64,000 nucleotides of DNA from Octopus sinensis (lineage: Eukaryota): NCBI RefSeq assembly GCF_006345805.1, contig NC_043007.1, positions 54,064,001 through 54,128,000 on the forward strand. Direction: 5' to 3'. The notes beneath the pieces are model-generated. The model searched no databases, had not been told where the DNA came from, and was given only the letters and a program-made list of their open reading frames with translations. The position numbers were made by a program, and so were the translations under genes. Shown piece after piece: positions 24,211-37,385 of the stretch (within the stretch, counting starts at the first letter, position 1; each line of letters opens with the position of its first letter).

Positions 24211-25260
24211 ACGAGTATATATGATGGTAACAAAGTTTATATCAGTGTTAATTGAAAATAGAAATGGTTAGTGATATTAATGCCTGATGAAATTATCTCC
24301 TATTTATGTATTTGTACGTGTATGTGCATTGATGTGTAAGCATAATTTTTTTTATCTCTTAGGAAGGGAATGGGTGTACCCATGACCCATTATTTTTTTC
24401 AGAGCCTTCCAGATTTGTAGGAGGAAATTATCTTTAAAAAAAACTCTCCTGCTAAAGCACTCAAGGTGTCAGGGACTTGTGTTAAATTGGGTAAATCTAG
24501 CTCTCAAATAGGCCATAGTAGGATTTGAACTCATAACACCATGAACCAGAACAAATATCACAAGGGATCCTCTCCAATGCTCTAAAATTTCTCTGGACTT
24601 CTTATTTTATTGACCCCCATAAGAGAATGAAAAGCAAAGCTGACCTTAGTGAAATTTGAACTCAAAGCACGAAGAGCTGGAGCAAATACCATATGCTAAT
24701 TTGACCTATGCTGTAATATCTCTGTCAGTGGTTATGTTCTGTTTTCACTAAAATGCTTGAAATTTTGAAGCTAGTTCAATATTTGTACACATATACTAGT
24801 AGACATAGTCTACTAGTAGTCATCTACCAGTTGATTGAGGCATTGATCCTCAAAATGGCAATCTGTTAAAAAGTTTATCATATAATTTATCTTTGAGCTA
24901 TTGTAATGTTGAAGGGCATTGAATGCATATTGATTACTTATCTTTCAGATTTGAATCAACTGAGTGTATTATTTGAGATTTGGAGATGGAACCTGTCACG
25001 GTACTTATTGTAATACAAAAACACTTAAATTACTGACTGCTGTATAGTTAGCTAATTTTCAGAGAAACTTATGTAGTCACACCACTTTTTTAGTTCTCAG
25101 ATTTAGTTTGACTTCCTAACAAATAATTATTTTGAACAAATAGTTACCTTTGCTAATGTTTCATATTAATTTTTTTAGTTTTCATTAATTTGAAATCCCA
25201 TCTTATTCATAATGTATTTTTAAAGAAGAAAAGCTAATTATTGTTTCTGTACTTGTCCAG

Positions 25261-25364
25261 TTTGTGAATGTGATATCTCGAGTGGAAAGTTTCTGCACAC
25301 ATAAAGAACTTTTTGATATTTTTAATGATCAAGGAGTGTCCGACTACCTTGTTGTATATTGGAG
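25261..25364 (+). CDS. OTUB1: Otubain (OTUB1-like, peptidase C65) internal coding exon
   Basis: AG/GT-bounded, phase 0 to 2. FVNVISRVESFCTHKELFDIFNDQGVSDYLVVYW(R) aligns with human OTUB1 FMDLIEQVE...FNDQSTSDYLVVYLR. Confidence 0.9.
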
Positions 25365-27469
25365 GTAAATGATTACTTATTTTCCTTTAATGCATTTTTT
25401 TTTGTTTTTTTCTTTGCTTCATTAATTATTGGTTCTTCACTCATTAACCATTTTGTACAGTATTTTTGTCACAACATGTGTTTGTTATGCTAAAAGAGAA
25501 TAACTCCATACAAACTAAAAAAAATCATTATTTGCTCTGTGTACAATGAAATTTGAAATGATGATTTGCATATTTATTCTTAATGTGTTCTGGCAGATTC
25601 AAACACAAATATGCTAATTGCTGTTGTGTGTACGTCACAAGAGAATGACTTCTCTCTTTTCATGATAGCATGGCTCATTGGTGCACAGGATTCTGGAACA
25701 CTGACATTTTGACATGTTGTGTCCCATCAACTAGAAGTACCAGTTTTTTGAGCCAGAACAAGTCACTAGCTTTGTTTATAATTTCAGAAAAGAAATTGTT
25801 TGCTGATGCTGGTATCAGCCAGCTGTTAAAAAATCATTATATGCAGTTTATACAGTGAGAATTGTTATGGTGGTTTGCTTATTTTGTTCTTAATACATTC
25901 CAGCAGATTTTAACTCAAATATCTAGTTGCTGTTGGGTATATCACAGGAAAAATGCTCTCTTTTACAATGACAACTTTTTTATTAGCTGGCAGATATCAG
26001 CACTGATCATCAAACAGTTTTTTCACTGAAATTATAAACAAAGGCACTGGCTTGTTTAGGCTCAAAGATCCAGATACTTCTGGCTAACAAGACACAATAT
26101 GTCAAAACACTGGTGTCCCAGAATCCTTTGCATTAATGAGTTGGATGTGTCATGCACATGTTGTCATAAAAGGAGTTGTTATGATGTACACAACATTGAC
26201 TAGCATATTTATGATTGAATCTTCTGGAATGTATTAAGAAGAAATATGCAAATCCTTGTTTCATTCAAACTATTATCTTTTAGTTCTTTTCTGTTGTAAT
26301 CAGACAGCAATGGTGGTGTAAGAGCTAACAAATGTTACTGTGAAGAGGTGGTAATGGTTAGAGAGAGAGGAGAAAATATAATGATGAGAATATTTATGAT
26401 ATTGGTAGGCAATGGATTGACAGAATTATTTAATACGTTAGACAAAATGTCTTGCTATATTTGTTTCAACTCTGAATTCAAATCTTGCTGAGGTTAATTT
26501 TGCTTTTCAGCTTTCCAGTTCTAGTGTCAATATAATCAACTGTTCCCTTTCCTGAAATTTGGGACTTAGCATCTATGTATTTTACTAACATTATAAGTTA
26601 TCTAAATCCTAATATTTCAATAATAAACCTCTTGTCCATTATTGTTATGAAAATCTTTAATGCAACCTCATTTGCAAAATATATAGATTTATACATTGAC
26701 AGTAAAAATGGAAATTTCCATGAGTCCAGCTAGTAATAATAATAAAAAGATATTATACTTAAAAAGATGAGCTGAAGAAAATAAATCCAAGTAAGACAAT
26801 GGCATTAATTTAAGTGCTGTTGTGCAAAAAATTCTTAATGAATTGAAATTTACCTTTTAGTTTCGAAAAAGAAACTAAAACCTAGGGGTAAAAATCTTTG
26901 TTAGTTGGCAAGGTAATCTGTTTTAGTCTTATTAGCTCTCATCAATATAGCATGTTCTTCTGAAGTCAAGGTTAGATACTCATGTTTAGATAATATTGCT
27001 TCAAACATCACACACTACAGCCCCCATCCCACATCCCTTCCTGTAACTTTTGAAGGCCAGTTTATAGAGCCACCCTTAAATCATCTGATGGCTTTACAAG
27101 ACACTATTTCCAGTTACTACCAAAGTGGTACTAACATCCTGTCTGCAATACATGGACCTAGAAATAAAGAAAATAACTGATGGCATAACCATGTGACTGC
27201 AGCTAACCAATTGAGGCTTAAACACCTAGAAGCTATTTTGAATGTCTTTCAAACTCTCCATTATCTCTAAATATCTGATGAGATTGATATGTCCTATGCA
27301 CCCATGAAACTTTCTGAATTAAAACAGTTATATTATATTATATTTGTGTGTGTGTGTGTGTGTGTAAAAATATAAAAATGATGATGTTTATTTTTATGTT
27401 AAGTTATATGTAAAAACAATTTATCATTAAACTGAAGGATTACTCAATACTCTTTAATGAGTACATATT

Positions 27470-27570
27470 TATTAACTTTCACACTGAAAAGGTTGACAGT
27501 GACTTAAGTTTTGAAGGCAACCAAGCCAAAACTTAAGTCACTATCAACCTTTACCTTGTAAAAGTTAATA
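27470..27570. repeat. Intronic 101-bp inverted repeat (hairpin), TTAA at both ends
   Basis: 44-nt arms TATTAACTTT..AAAGGTTGA(C/T)AGTGACTTAAGTTTTG and its reverse complement, with a 13-nt loop. Confidence 0.85.
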
Positions 27571-27666
27571 TGCTAAAATGTGTTGTGCATATCTATGCAC
27601 ACACAGATGCATGCAGCTGTTTCAATTTACTATCGTTGTTGTTTAATTTTCTCTATTTCTCTGTAG

Positions 27667-27757
27667 GTTGTTAGCATCTGGTTACTTACAGAGACATGAA
27701 GATTTTTTTAGTAATTTTGTTGAAGGTCACAGAACAGTAAAAGAATTTTGTGGACAG
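27667..27757 (+). CDS. OTUB1: Otubain penultimate coding exon
   Basis: AG/GT-bounded, phase 2 to 0. (R)LLASGYLQRHEDFFSNFVEGHRTVKEFCGQ matches human LLTSGYLQRESKFFEHFIEGGRTVKEFCQQ. Confidence 0.93.
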
Positions 27758-28689
27758 GTTTGTTAAATGCAATTTTTCTAATACGTAACAGGCACTAAGG
27801 CTTTTTTTCTTTTATGATGTACTTTATATGAATGAAGTCAATTACCTTAGCATATCAGAATATGGGCTTATAACTATATAAGCTACAGTATGAAATTGAC
27901 TAATTTTGTGAATCTAGCTGAAAAAATAATTTGTCTACAATTTACAAAAATGTTGGAATCTCCGAGACAAATTTCAAAAATGGAATTGGTAAGTGATAAG
28001 GTTATTCAGTATTTGTTTAATTAACTCTAATTATGTTTATCTTTGGCAGACAGAAAGGGAAAAAAGAAACCAAGAATTATTAATAAGTTTTTATTTATTC
28101 TTTAACTTCATAAAAAAATGATTAGTAAAATTAACTATGCTCAAAAAAAAAAAAATCAGAATACTTTATTTGTTTTAAAGTATTCAAAAAATGTATTTTT
28201 GGAAATGTTTTTTGCATTTCAACCTCATTAAAATATTTTATTCTACAAAACACTCACCAGCTATTGAAAAGGTTGCAAGACTCAGCAAAAATTTTAGGAA
28301 AAATAAATAAATAAATGACTGGAAACTTTACTGGTGAGTGTGTTAAATAATAAGGCACTAAGAGAGAATGACTCTCCCCAGACACAACTCAATATTATAT
28401 CTTACATATAAAAAATGCAGTGTGTATCTCGTCTGTCACACTTGCAGGAAAGGAAGAGCAAAACAACAAACAACGAGAGTGAGTTGACAGTGGCAGATGC
28501 TAAAGCAGGTAATAGCATTTAAAGGCTTTGCTCTAAAGACTATATTGTAATCAAAATAAACTCCAAATTTTTATTGTGAATTGTATTTACTTTATCAGTT
28601 TCTCTCTTTCTCACTCATACACACACACACCTACACACAATTATAGATATGAAATTAAATATTAAACATTTTTGTTTTCAAAATATTAT

Positions 28690-28945
28690 TGTTCACACGT
28701 CCTCAGCATTCATACCGATGTTTCACTGCCATGTAGCATGGCAGTTTGCACACATGCATCATACAGTCTACTTTTCACCCCGAGTAAGAGGCCCTTAGTT
28801 GCCAGCAGAGGTAGGAGCTCCCTGAACTTTGCCCAGGCTATTCTTACTCTAGTCACTACACTTTCAGAGCAACCAACCCCACTACAGACTTGGTTGCCTA
28901 GGTAGCGGAAGCTATTAACTACTTCTAGTTTCTCCCCTGTACATA
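28690..28945 (-). mobile_element. RTE RT fragment
   Basis: EKLEVVNSFRYLG..RVRIAWAKFRELLPLL..RLYDACVQTAMLHGSE. Confidence 0.8.
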
Positions 28946-30947
28946 TGTGTGTTTGCGTGTGTTTATGCACATGCATACATTATGGGAGGGATATTTTCAA
29001 CCAAGATGTTAGAGATGTTAGAGAGGTGGAGGTGGAGTGAGAGAGGTGGGGAATGTGAGTAAAGAAGAAAGAAGTGAGGAAGAAGTAGAGAAAGATGTAT
29101 AATAAGGTGTAAGATGTATAATGTGTTACATGGTTAGTTGAAGGGAGAGGCAAAGGATGTGAGAAAAAGGGGGAGAGAAGTGTAAATGATGTGGGGAAGG
29201 AAAGGTTAAGAGAAAGAAGTATGTTTAGGATACAATATTCAGCAGAGGATGATGTTTCTGGTGGTGGGGTTAAAGAAAGACAGATTGAGAGTTAGACAGA
29301 GGAAGCAGTTACATTGAGAGAGAGAGAGAGAGAGAAAGGCAGGTAGCATTTGTATTGTTAAAGTAGATATATATCAACAGGAAGAAAAAGATAAACAAAC
29401 AATTGAAAGAAATGAGCTTTGTTATTGAAAACTGTAGTGATGATGATGATGGTGGTGTGTTGATAGTGGAAAGCATTTTTTTTTTTGTTGAACTAAATCT
29501 GTATTACACTTCTACTGTTTGTTTACACTTTATGCTTTAGTTTGTGAGAGAGAGGAAGAGGGAATTGTAAGAGTGAGTGAGAGAGCAGATAGCAGCCGAT
29601 GCATTATACTGTTACTCATGTATTTGGTTGAAGTGAGAAGAGAAGAGAAAGAGAGAAATGTTAAAGACAGGAAAATAGGAATTACATGGTTAAAAAGTTT
29701 GTTGAAGAAGTAGAGATAAATATAAACTGCTTAGCAGAGGGAAATTTTCAAATCATATAATATATTATTGGGACTAAAAATACAAATCATCCTTTCTCTC
29801 TTAAATAGCTTCTCTTAATCTTTTTCATTCTGTGAAATTTCTAAGTTCCTCTAGTTATATTATAATTTCAAATGAAATTTTGTTCATAATACTGTTAAAA
29901 TCAACATAGCCATCTTTCTTTAATCTATATATACATAAAATCCTTTCTCTCTTTGTCTGTCTGTTCCCAATGCATTCTCAAATGGCTGATCAAACTTTAC
30001 ATGGTAATACTATCAGACCCCGTGAGTGTCAACTTGTAATTTTTTTTTGTCATTTGGAATAAAACAATGCAACATTGGTACTGGTTCAGTATTACATGTC
30101 AAAAATCAAAAAATAAAAGTGTAAGAATAACATCTATATTGTAATGTGATATATTGTTTCACTTTTATACTTTTACTTTTAATTCTGACCATGATGACAA
30201 CGTCACATTTTGTATATGACTGTGTGTCTGCGAATGTATGAATGTGAATATGTCTTACAGTGTGTGTGTCTTTCTGCTTTAGGTACATTATTAAACACAC
30301 TATATGTATGTGAGGGCTGGTCAGTGTTGATACGAAATTTTATTTTCATTTCAATTAAAACAATATAACATTTCATAGAGATAATCCTTCTATTGTCAAC
30401 AGAACATTTTATACAACAGCATCACATTTTGTTTATGACTGTGTATCTGTCTGTGAGTGTATGTGTGTAAGTGTATGAGTGTGTATATGTCTCATAGAGC
30501 GTGTGCCTTTCTGTGTTAGGTATGTTATTAAACATTCTTATATCTACTCATACATATACATATCTATATATATATAAAATGTATATTGTTGGATTTACCT
30601 GTAATTAGATTTGCTTTTAGACAAAAATTATGAAATCAAATTCGGTTTTAACCAACAGATTTGGTTAGAGTTGTTTTATGAAACCAGTCTAAATGCATGA
30701 TTATTTTAGAATTTAATTGAAACACATAAGGGGTGTATTTTGGTTCGAAATACACTAACAAAAAGGTTAATAGTATACTGTTGGTTTTTCTTGCATTTTA
30801 TTGATTTCCAGCAGGAGTCACCTCAGATAGAATCAAGTTTGAATTTATCAACTAGCTATGCTTTACATTAAGACTAGCAGAGATACCCGGCATTGCCCAT
30901 GTTTCATGCAAATATATATATATATATATACACATAATATGTATATA

Positions 30948-31335
30948 TCTTTATATATAAAAGTGAAGTTGTGTGAGTGTCTGTCTCCTACGATTTAGAT
31001 TCCTAACTACTCCCACATTTTGCGGTGCAGTTTAACCAAAACCAGGTATCTTATAGTCGTGATTCATATCGAGCCCTTCTGGGTCTACGATGAATCTACG
31101 ATTTAAAAAAAAAATTTACCATCTTTTTTTTCACATTTTTAATGCATTTTTGGCATATATAAGGGAAGTAACTCTCTAAAAATTTATTATTAAATCTCAG
31201 AACGTAAAAAGCTAAAGTAACCCCCCCCCCTTTGTGGTTAGCCATATTGAGATGGCTATTATACTTTACATCTCTAAAAATGCTTATATAGTTATTTCCC
31301 TTACAAACCCGAGCAATGCCGGGCGATACTGCTAG
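30948..31335 (+). mobile_element. Non-autonomous Helitron
   Basis: 5' TC after A, 3' hairpin CCCGAGCAATGCCGGG, terminal CTAG followed by T; homologous to 36991-37385. Confidence 0.8.
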
Positions 31336-31645
31336 TTATATATATGTATATATGCCTATATATATGTGAGATAATAGTTTCACTTCAATAGTTCCAGTAT
31401 TAAAGTGAAACTATCTGACATTACAATAGAGAGATATTGTTTCACTTTTGACACGTAATACTGAAATAGCGGAGAAGATATGATATTGCAGTGGGATCAC
31501 ACTAGGCAAGAAGTTAAAATGACACTACATGGACCCTAAGTAAAGCATGTGTTAAATTTGAATGAAATTGGTTGTGTAGTTCTCAAGTTTTAGGGATTCA
31601 CACTGACACACAGACAGACAGATACACATTCTCATCTTTATATAT

Positions 31646-31700
31646 GATTGATTGATTCTAGTTTCAGCTCACGAGCTGTGGCCATGCTAGGGCACCGCCA
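31646..31700 (-). mobile_element. 55-bp 5'-truncated copy of the 237-4331 LINE 3' end with 9-bp TSD
   Basis: Reverse complement is TGGCGGTGCCCTAGCATGGCCACAGCTCGTGAGCTGAAACTAGAATCAATCAATC; TTTATATAT at 31637-31645 and 31701-31709. Confidence 0.9.
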
Positions 31701-34700
31701 TTTATATATAGATTACATTTTTTTTTTCTTAAATTTTTATTTGTTACTAGTCTTTGTATTAATATTCTTCCATAAACTGAAACCTCACTTGGAATCAGAA
31801 TTGAAATAGAGCTCAAGCATCTAGTAATTGACAAATGTCAAGAATAATTACTGGAAGATGTTTTCAGTGCATCAGTTTCCATATTCTTTAAAAAATTTAT
31901 TTTAATCCACAAGCTACAGTATCATCCTAAACATAAAATCCATGTGTCAACGCACACATACACATATATTGTATTGCTGCAGTACCAATTGCTTTTTTTC
32001 CTTTTACTACCATATATGTCTATTATATTTAATAAATTCACTCAAAATATTGCATTTAAGTATGCTTTTATTCAAAATTATCCGATATTAGAGATTGAGG
32101 AATTGGACTGCCTTGATCTTCCTCTTGTTTGTAAATGATATTTGAACTTGTTGATTTGAAGAAAAATGAAATTAGAAAATACAAAACATTTAATGCCTAA
32201 TATAATTTTATTGAATTACAAATATATAAAGAAGTCATTAACATTGGTAGGTCATGAAGATAGACTGCACTTTCAAGTATTGGTTTAAAATTAACTGAAA
32301 TAGCGTATGTTGCTTTACTGTAAAATGTAGAGATTGACATTTTAGGTAAGTAACCTTCTCATTGCCTGAGAGATGTGTAAAAATTTTGTATATATAAAGA
32401 TGAGTGTTGAGAGGTTACAAAACAGAATCATGGATCCAAGCAGTGCTTCATGATTACTTTCTAACCCCCTACAAAGCTCAAATAAGACCAAGATTAGATA
32501 CTGCTATGCACATTGAGATGTTCAAAACCTATCGAAAAGAAGGGAATCCATCTACTATCTTGCAGGTGAATGTTTTCCTCCTTTTGATTTTCTTATTGCT
32601 ACTGCAACAGAATTTTCTCTTCTTAAAAGCTGGCTGTATGCTTTTTCACCTAGGTCTACTTGATCAACAGGTCTCCTCCTGCTATTACATTTGCTATGTC
32701 TATCCTCCCACATGTAGCATGAAACATTTCATCCAACCTTAACTTTCTAAAACTTCAGCCATTCAGAATTCCTTCTTTGACCACATATTTTCTTCAGAAA
32801 TTGATCTATAGAGGTTTAAGCTCTTTCTATCCTGACTAAATTATGAAAAAGGAAGCCGAATATCAAATGAGACTCAGAGAGGGGAAAAGAGAGGCAAACA
32901 TTTTAAAGGGATTATAAAGGAATGAGGGCAAGAAAGATGTTCACTGTGTGATAATGGGAATTGAGAACTAGCAGTTACTTCCAACGTTATCTTCAGCATA
33001 CATTTATTTGCAGTTAATCCTTCCTGTCTAATACATTCCATCTATTACTAAATATTTTGAGGTATAAAAATGAATGTGTATATGTGTGTCCAAGTTGATA
33101 ACTATAGTTTTGCAGCTAGGTAACTGAAATTTTGCATAGCAACACATATTTCCCATCAGATCATAACTTATATGACATTTTCTGATAATTCCTTTAAAAA
33201 GGAAATGTTTGGATTCAGCAGTTCTGAGCAAATCAACATTCCTAGACCAAATGAAGATTGTTGGAATCTTTTTAAAGCAATGTACCCAAAATATGAATTC
33301 ATGTTTTTTTTCTTCTTTTTTTTATATTTTTTTAAGGTATTGATAAAACCAGGCAGGGCTGGGTTTTGCTGCTTGGATCTACTAAATTGCAGACTCTTAT
33401 AACTTTCTAAGTTGCTTCTTGTAGTTGCTGAAAAGTCTATCCTCAGCAAATATGTTAACTTTTCATCTATGATGCAAAACAATTTTAAAGTAAGACATGA
33501 TATTGTGTGCAGTCCCCTGCTTATTTCCACAACACATAACTCTATGTTAATAATGAATTTGCTCAGTAAATGAACAATAAATTTAATTGGAACCCTAAAA
33601 GAGGTCTTTATACTTTCCAAAGTTTCATTTAAAAAATACTATGGTAACATAGGAAATTGCAGCATAGCATCATCATTATCAAATCCATTCTTGAGGAAAC
33701 TCTGTAGTCAGAACATTTTGTAGTAATCTGTTGCACAGACCCTTTTTTCACTAATTTTTAATGCAAAATTTCTTGCTACCTAACATCATTGAAAATCAGT
33801 TTCTATCCATTTATCCCTTAATTCTGTTGCTGACTACATTTGCAGCACATCTCTCACTAGAAAAGCTCTTTCATTTTACATTTTTTCCATCTTTAACTTA
33901 TACCTTATCTTAGTATTCACTTGGATTATTTTGGTCAACTCTACATCAATTATTTCTTCAAACTCAGACACATGTACTCCCATTCTTCTTTACATCTTAC
34001 ATGTTTGTTGCCAATGCAGTGACTTTTTCTTTAAAATCTGAGGAATTGTGCACTTTTGTTTCTGATCAAAACTGTCCCACCTCTACTTTTGACAAAGCTT
34101 TCAGCAGACTCAAAATATCATCTGAAAGCAAATGCTCCAACCACACTTGTAAGTCAAACAACAAAATTTTTATCCTTTAATGTCCACTTGTCTATTTTGT
34201 GTCTCAAACAAATCATTCTTCACAATTTCAGACAACTTCAGTTGGACCCAACAACCTATTCTCTTTTGAAAAACATGAAAATCAATAAAACTACTTTGTT
34301 AATAAGGAAGTTGCACACATGTTTGTGCACAACAGAAGATGTTCAGATGTTCTAAGTATCCATATATTTCATTGTTATAGCTCATACTAAAGACAAATTT
34401 ATAATTAACCACTTTCATTGCACTTCCTCCATCATTGTTTATTGTCTGTGTGGTACATTCTGCTGTTTTCTATACATTTTTGGAGTTGGTTGAGCATTTC
34501 TTTATAAACATTTTCAAGATGTAAAACAGAACAGATATCTCAACAACTATAGCTGATATATTTTTCTGAAGCACACTTTACCCATGACACCCATAAAGTT
34601 ATTTGTTTCTCATACTTACAGTAGCCACATATTCACCATTGGGAAAGTTTATTTTAAAAAAAATTTACTTAAAATGGTCAAGAAGAGTTGTTGGTAATAG

Positions 34701-35429
34701 ACACACTCAACTTGGACTGCCTTACTAAAAATTTTATGCTGAAATTTTTTTTATGTAATGTTTGTTCATAGATGAAATGTAGCTAAATGTTTTAATGGCT
34801 TATCTTGAGTTTTGATGCACAGCCATCTATACTTGAGGACTCTCTTTTTTACAAAGCTTCTCCAACATAATAAAAGCTCTATAGCCATATTTTAGTGTTT
34901 AAAAGAGTGGCTATTGGTATATTAGTTCCCAGGATTAACTTTGAATGTAAAATGCTGTCGGTGAAGGAACTCTATGCTCTTGCAATTAGCCATTCGAATT
35001 TTTTTCTGGAAAATCCTGCCAAAACAGTCACAGAAGTCTGGTGCAGGCTTCTGCCCATGCCAGCATGGTAGGTGGAAGTTAAATTATGATGATGATGAAC
35101 AAACCAATTGTAAAAGAACACAATATCAAGCATTGATGTTGATTATCTAAGCCTTGCTGCTATAGAACAGAATGATTTCAAATAAAATAAAGTTTGAGCA
35201 CTTCTACCCATGCTAATTGAAATATTTCCCAAATTAATGATCAGGCCACATGGAATGTTAGATTTAGTAAAATTAGTAGATTGGTCAATGTTGAGTTTAC
35301 AACACTTCTTATGGCTAGTTCTTTGCAGAAGTGGCACAGAATGTTGACAGTGTATCTACACACACATTCCTTTATTTTTATACCTTTTTATGCTGCTAGT
35401 TTATCTTTTTCTTGAGTGGGTGGGGGTTG

Positions 35430-35818
35430 ACTCCTATTCTTTTACTTGTTTCAGTCATATGACTGCAGCCGTGCTGGAGCACAGCCTTTGGTTGAACAAA
35501 TCAACCCCAGGATTTATTCTTTGTAAGCTTAGTACTTATTTAATCAGTTGCTTTTGCTGAACTGCTAAGTTACAGGAATGTACACACACCAACATTGGTG
35601 TCAAGCAGTGGTGGGAGGAGACGCACAAATACAGACACACACACACATATATATGACAGGCTTCTTTCAGTTTCTATCTAACAAATCCACTCACAAGGCT
35701 TTGGTCGACCCAAGGCTATAATAGAAGACATTTGCCCAAGGTGCCATGCTGAAGGACTGAACCCAAAACTATGTGGTTGGGAAGCAAGCTTCTTACCACA
35801 CAGCCACTCCTGTGCCTA
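35430..35818 (-). mobile_element. tRNA-derived SINE (older copy)
   Basis: Reverse complement of the 7348 family. Confidence 0.85.
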
Positions 35819-36524
35819 AAAAGTAGGCAAACTCTTACCGTTTTCTGCTCTCTTTATTTTCTAATCTTTCTTCTCCTTATTTGTATGCCTTCCACAAGTG
35901 TGATTATTTTGATTTATCCAAGAGGGGCAGTGCTAATGACCACTTTCAAACTGTTTTATATGAATGAGATTAGTGATTGATGGCATTTGCAGAGAAAACT
36001 TTTAATTCCCTAAATTCTGCAGTTAGTGGATGGTGGTGTATATATGCCACAAGAGTGATGAGGTGGAGTCAGGTGGACCTGAGTGGAGATAGTATGCAAC
36101 TAGAATATGCAGAGTCAAAATACAGTGCATTTATGGCCCAGAGTTTGGATGTTTCTGTTGATAACTTAACTACTAATGAGAGTTTCTCACTTGGAATGAA
36201 AGGTTAATTTTCAGATTCAGTTTTCATGGGCTGTCCATGATTAGACAGATTTTAGAGAAAATGTACACACACAGACACACACACCACATGTACATACACA
36301 CTCAAATATAAGAGCAAACTAAGTTTATTTTATATCACATCATCATCAGTTACATACATCTTACATATTTCACAAGCAAAATTCAATACATTATGTGATG
36401 TAAACATTTACATAATTGGGTTTAAACACCTGATCCGTAGAGGATTATTGTAATTCCTTTCAGAATTACATTCCAACCTGTGTGTATGTGTGTGTGTGTA
36501 TATATATATGTATATATATATATA

Positions 36525-36747
36525 CTCTTTTACTCTTTTACTTGTTTCAGTCATTTGACTGCGGCCATGCTGGAGCACTGCCTTTAGTCGAGCAAATCGA
36601 CCCCGGGACTTATTCTTTGTAAGCCCAGTACTTATTCTATCGGTCTCTTTTGCCGAACCACTAAGTGACGGGGACGTAAACACACCAGCATCGGTTGTCA
36701 AGCAATGCTAGGGGGACAAACACACACACATACACACATATATATAT

Positions 36748-36781
<34 letters not shown>

Positions 36782-36980
36782 CATATATACTTTGATACTT
36801 TGATAGGCTTCTTGATACGACAGGCTTCTTTCAGTTTCCGTCTACCAAATCCACTCACAAGGCATTAGTCGGCCCGGGGCTATAGCAGAAGACACTTGCC
36901 CAAGATGCCACGCAGTGGGACTGAACCCGGAACCATGTGGTTGGTTAGCAAGCTACTTACCACACAGCCACTCCTGCGCC
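36525..36980 (-). mobile_element. tRNA-derived SINE (young copy)
   Basis: Near-identical to the 7348-7757 and 62911-63311 copies. Confidence 0.9.
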
Positions 36981-36990
36981 TATATATATA

Positions 36991-37385
36991 TCTTTATATA
37001 TAAAAGTGAAATTGTGTGTCTGTCTCCTATGATTTAGATTCCTAACTACTCCCACATTTTGCGGTGCAGTTTAACCAAAAGCGGGTATCTTATAGTCGTG
37101 ATTCATATCGAGCCCTTCTGGGTATTAGTGCGCGTCTACGATGAGTCTATGATTTTAAAAAAAATTACCATAATTTTTTTCCATTTTAATGCATTTTTTC
37201 GCTATTATATAAGGGAAGTAACTCTCTAAAAATGTCTGATCAGTCGACGATTTAAAAAAAAATTTACCATCATTTTTTTCCCATTTTTAATGCATTTTTT
37301 TGCTATTTTTTGACTATAACTCTCTAAAAATGCTTATATAGTTATTTCCCTTACAAACCCGAGCAACGCCGGGCGATACTGCTAG
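36991..37385 (+). mobile_element. Non-autonomous Helitron, second copy
   Basis: TC...CCCGAGCAACGCCGGG...CTAG; same family as 30948-31335. Confidence 0.8.

Noticed and set aside
24940-25050. Possible OTUB1 catalytic exon (TTTCAG acceptor; GDGTC-like codons)
   Set aside because: No frame gives DGNCFYRA or a stop-free exon with matching phase. The upstream OTUB1 exons were not found and probably lie outside the window.
29000-29720. Purine-rich GA tract and the 29519-29713 ORF
   Set aside because: Low-complexity sequence with no domain evidence.
33050-35050. Possible hAT or other DNA transposase relic on the minus strand
   Set aside because: Only vague motif hints (EEWEY, DGCAS) and no alignment I can defend.
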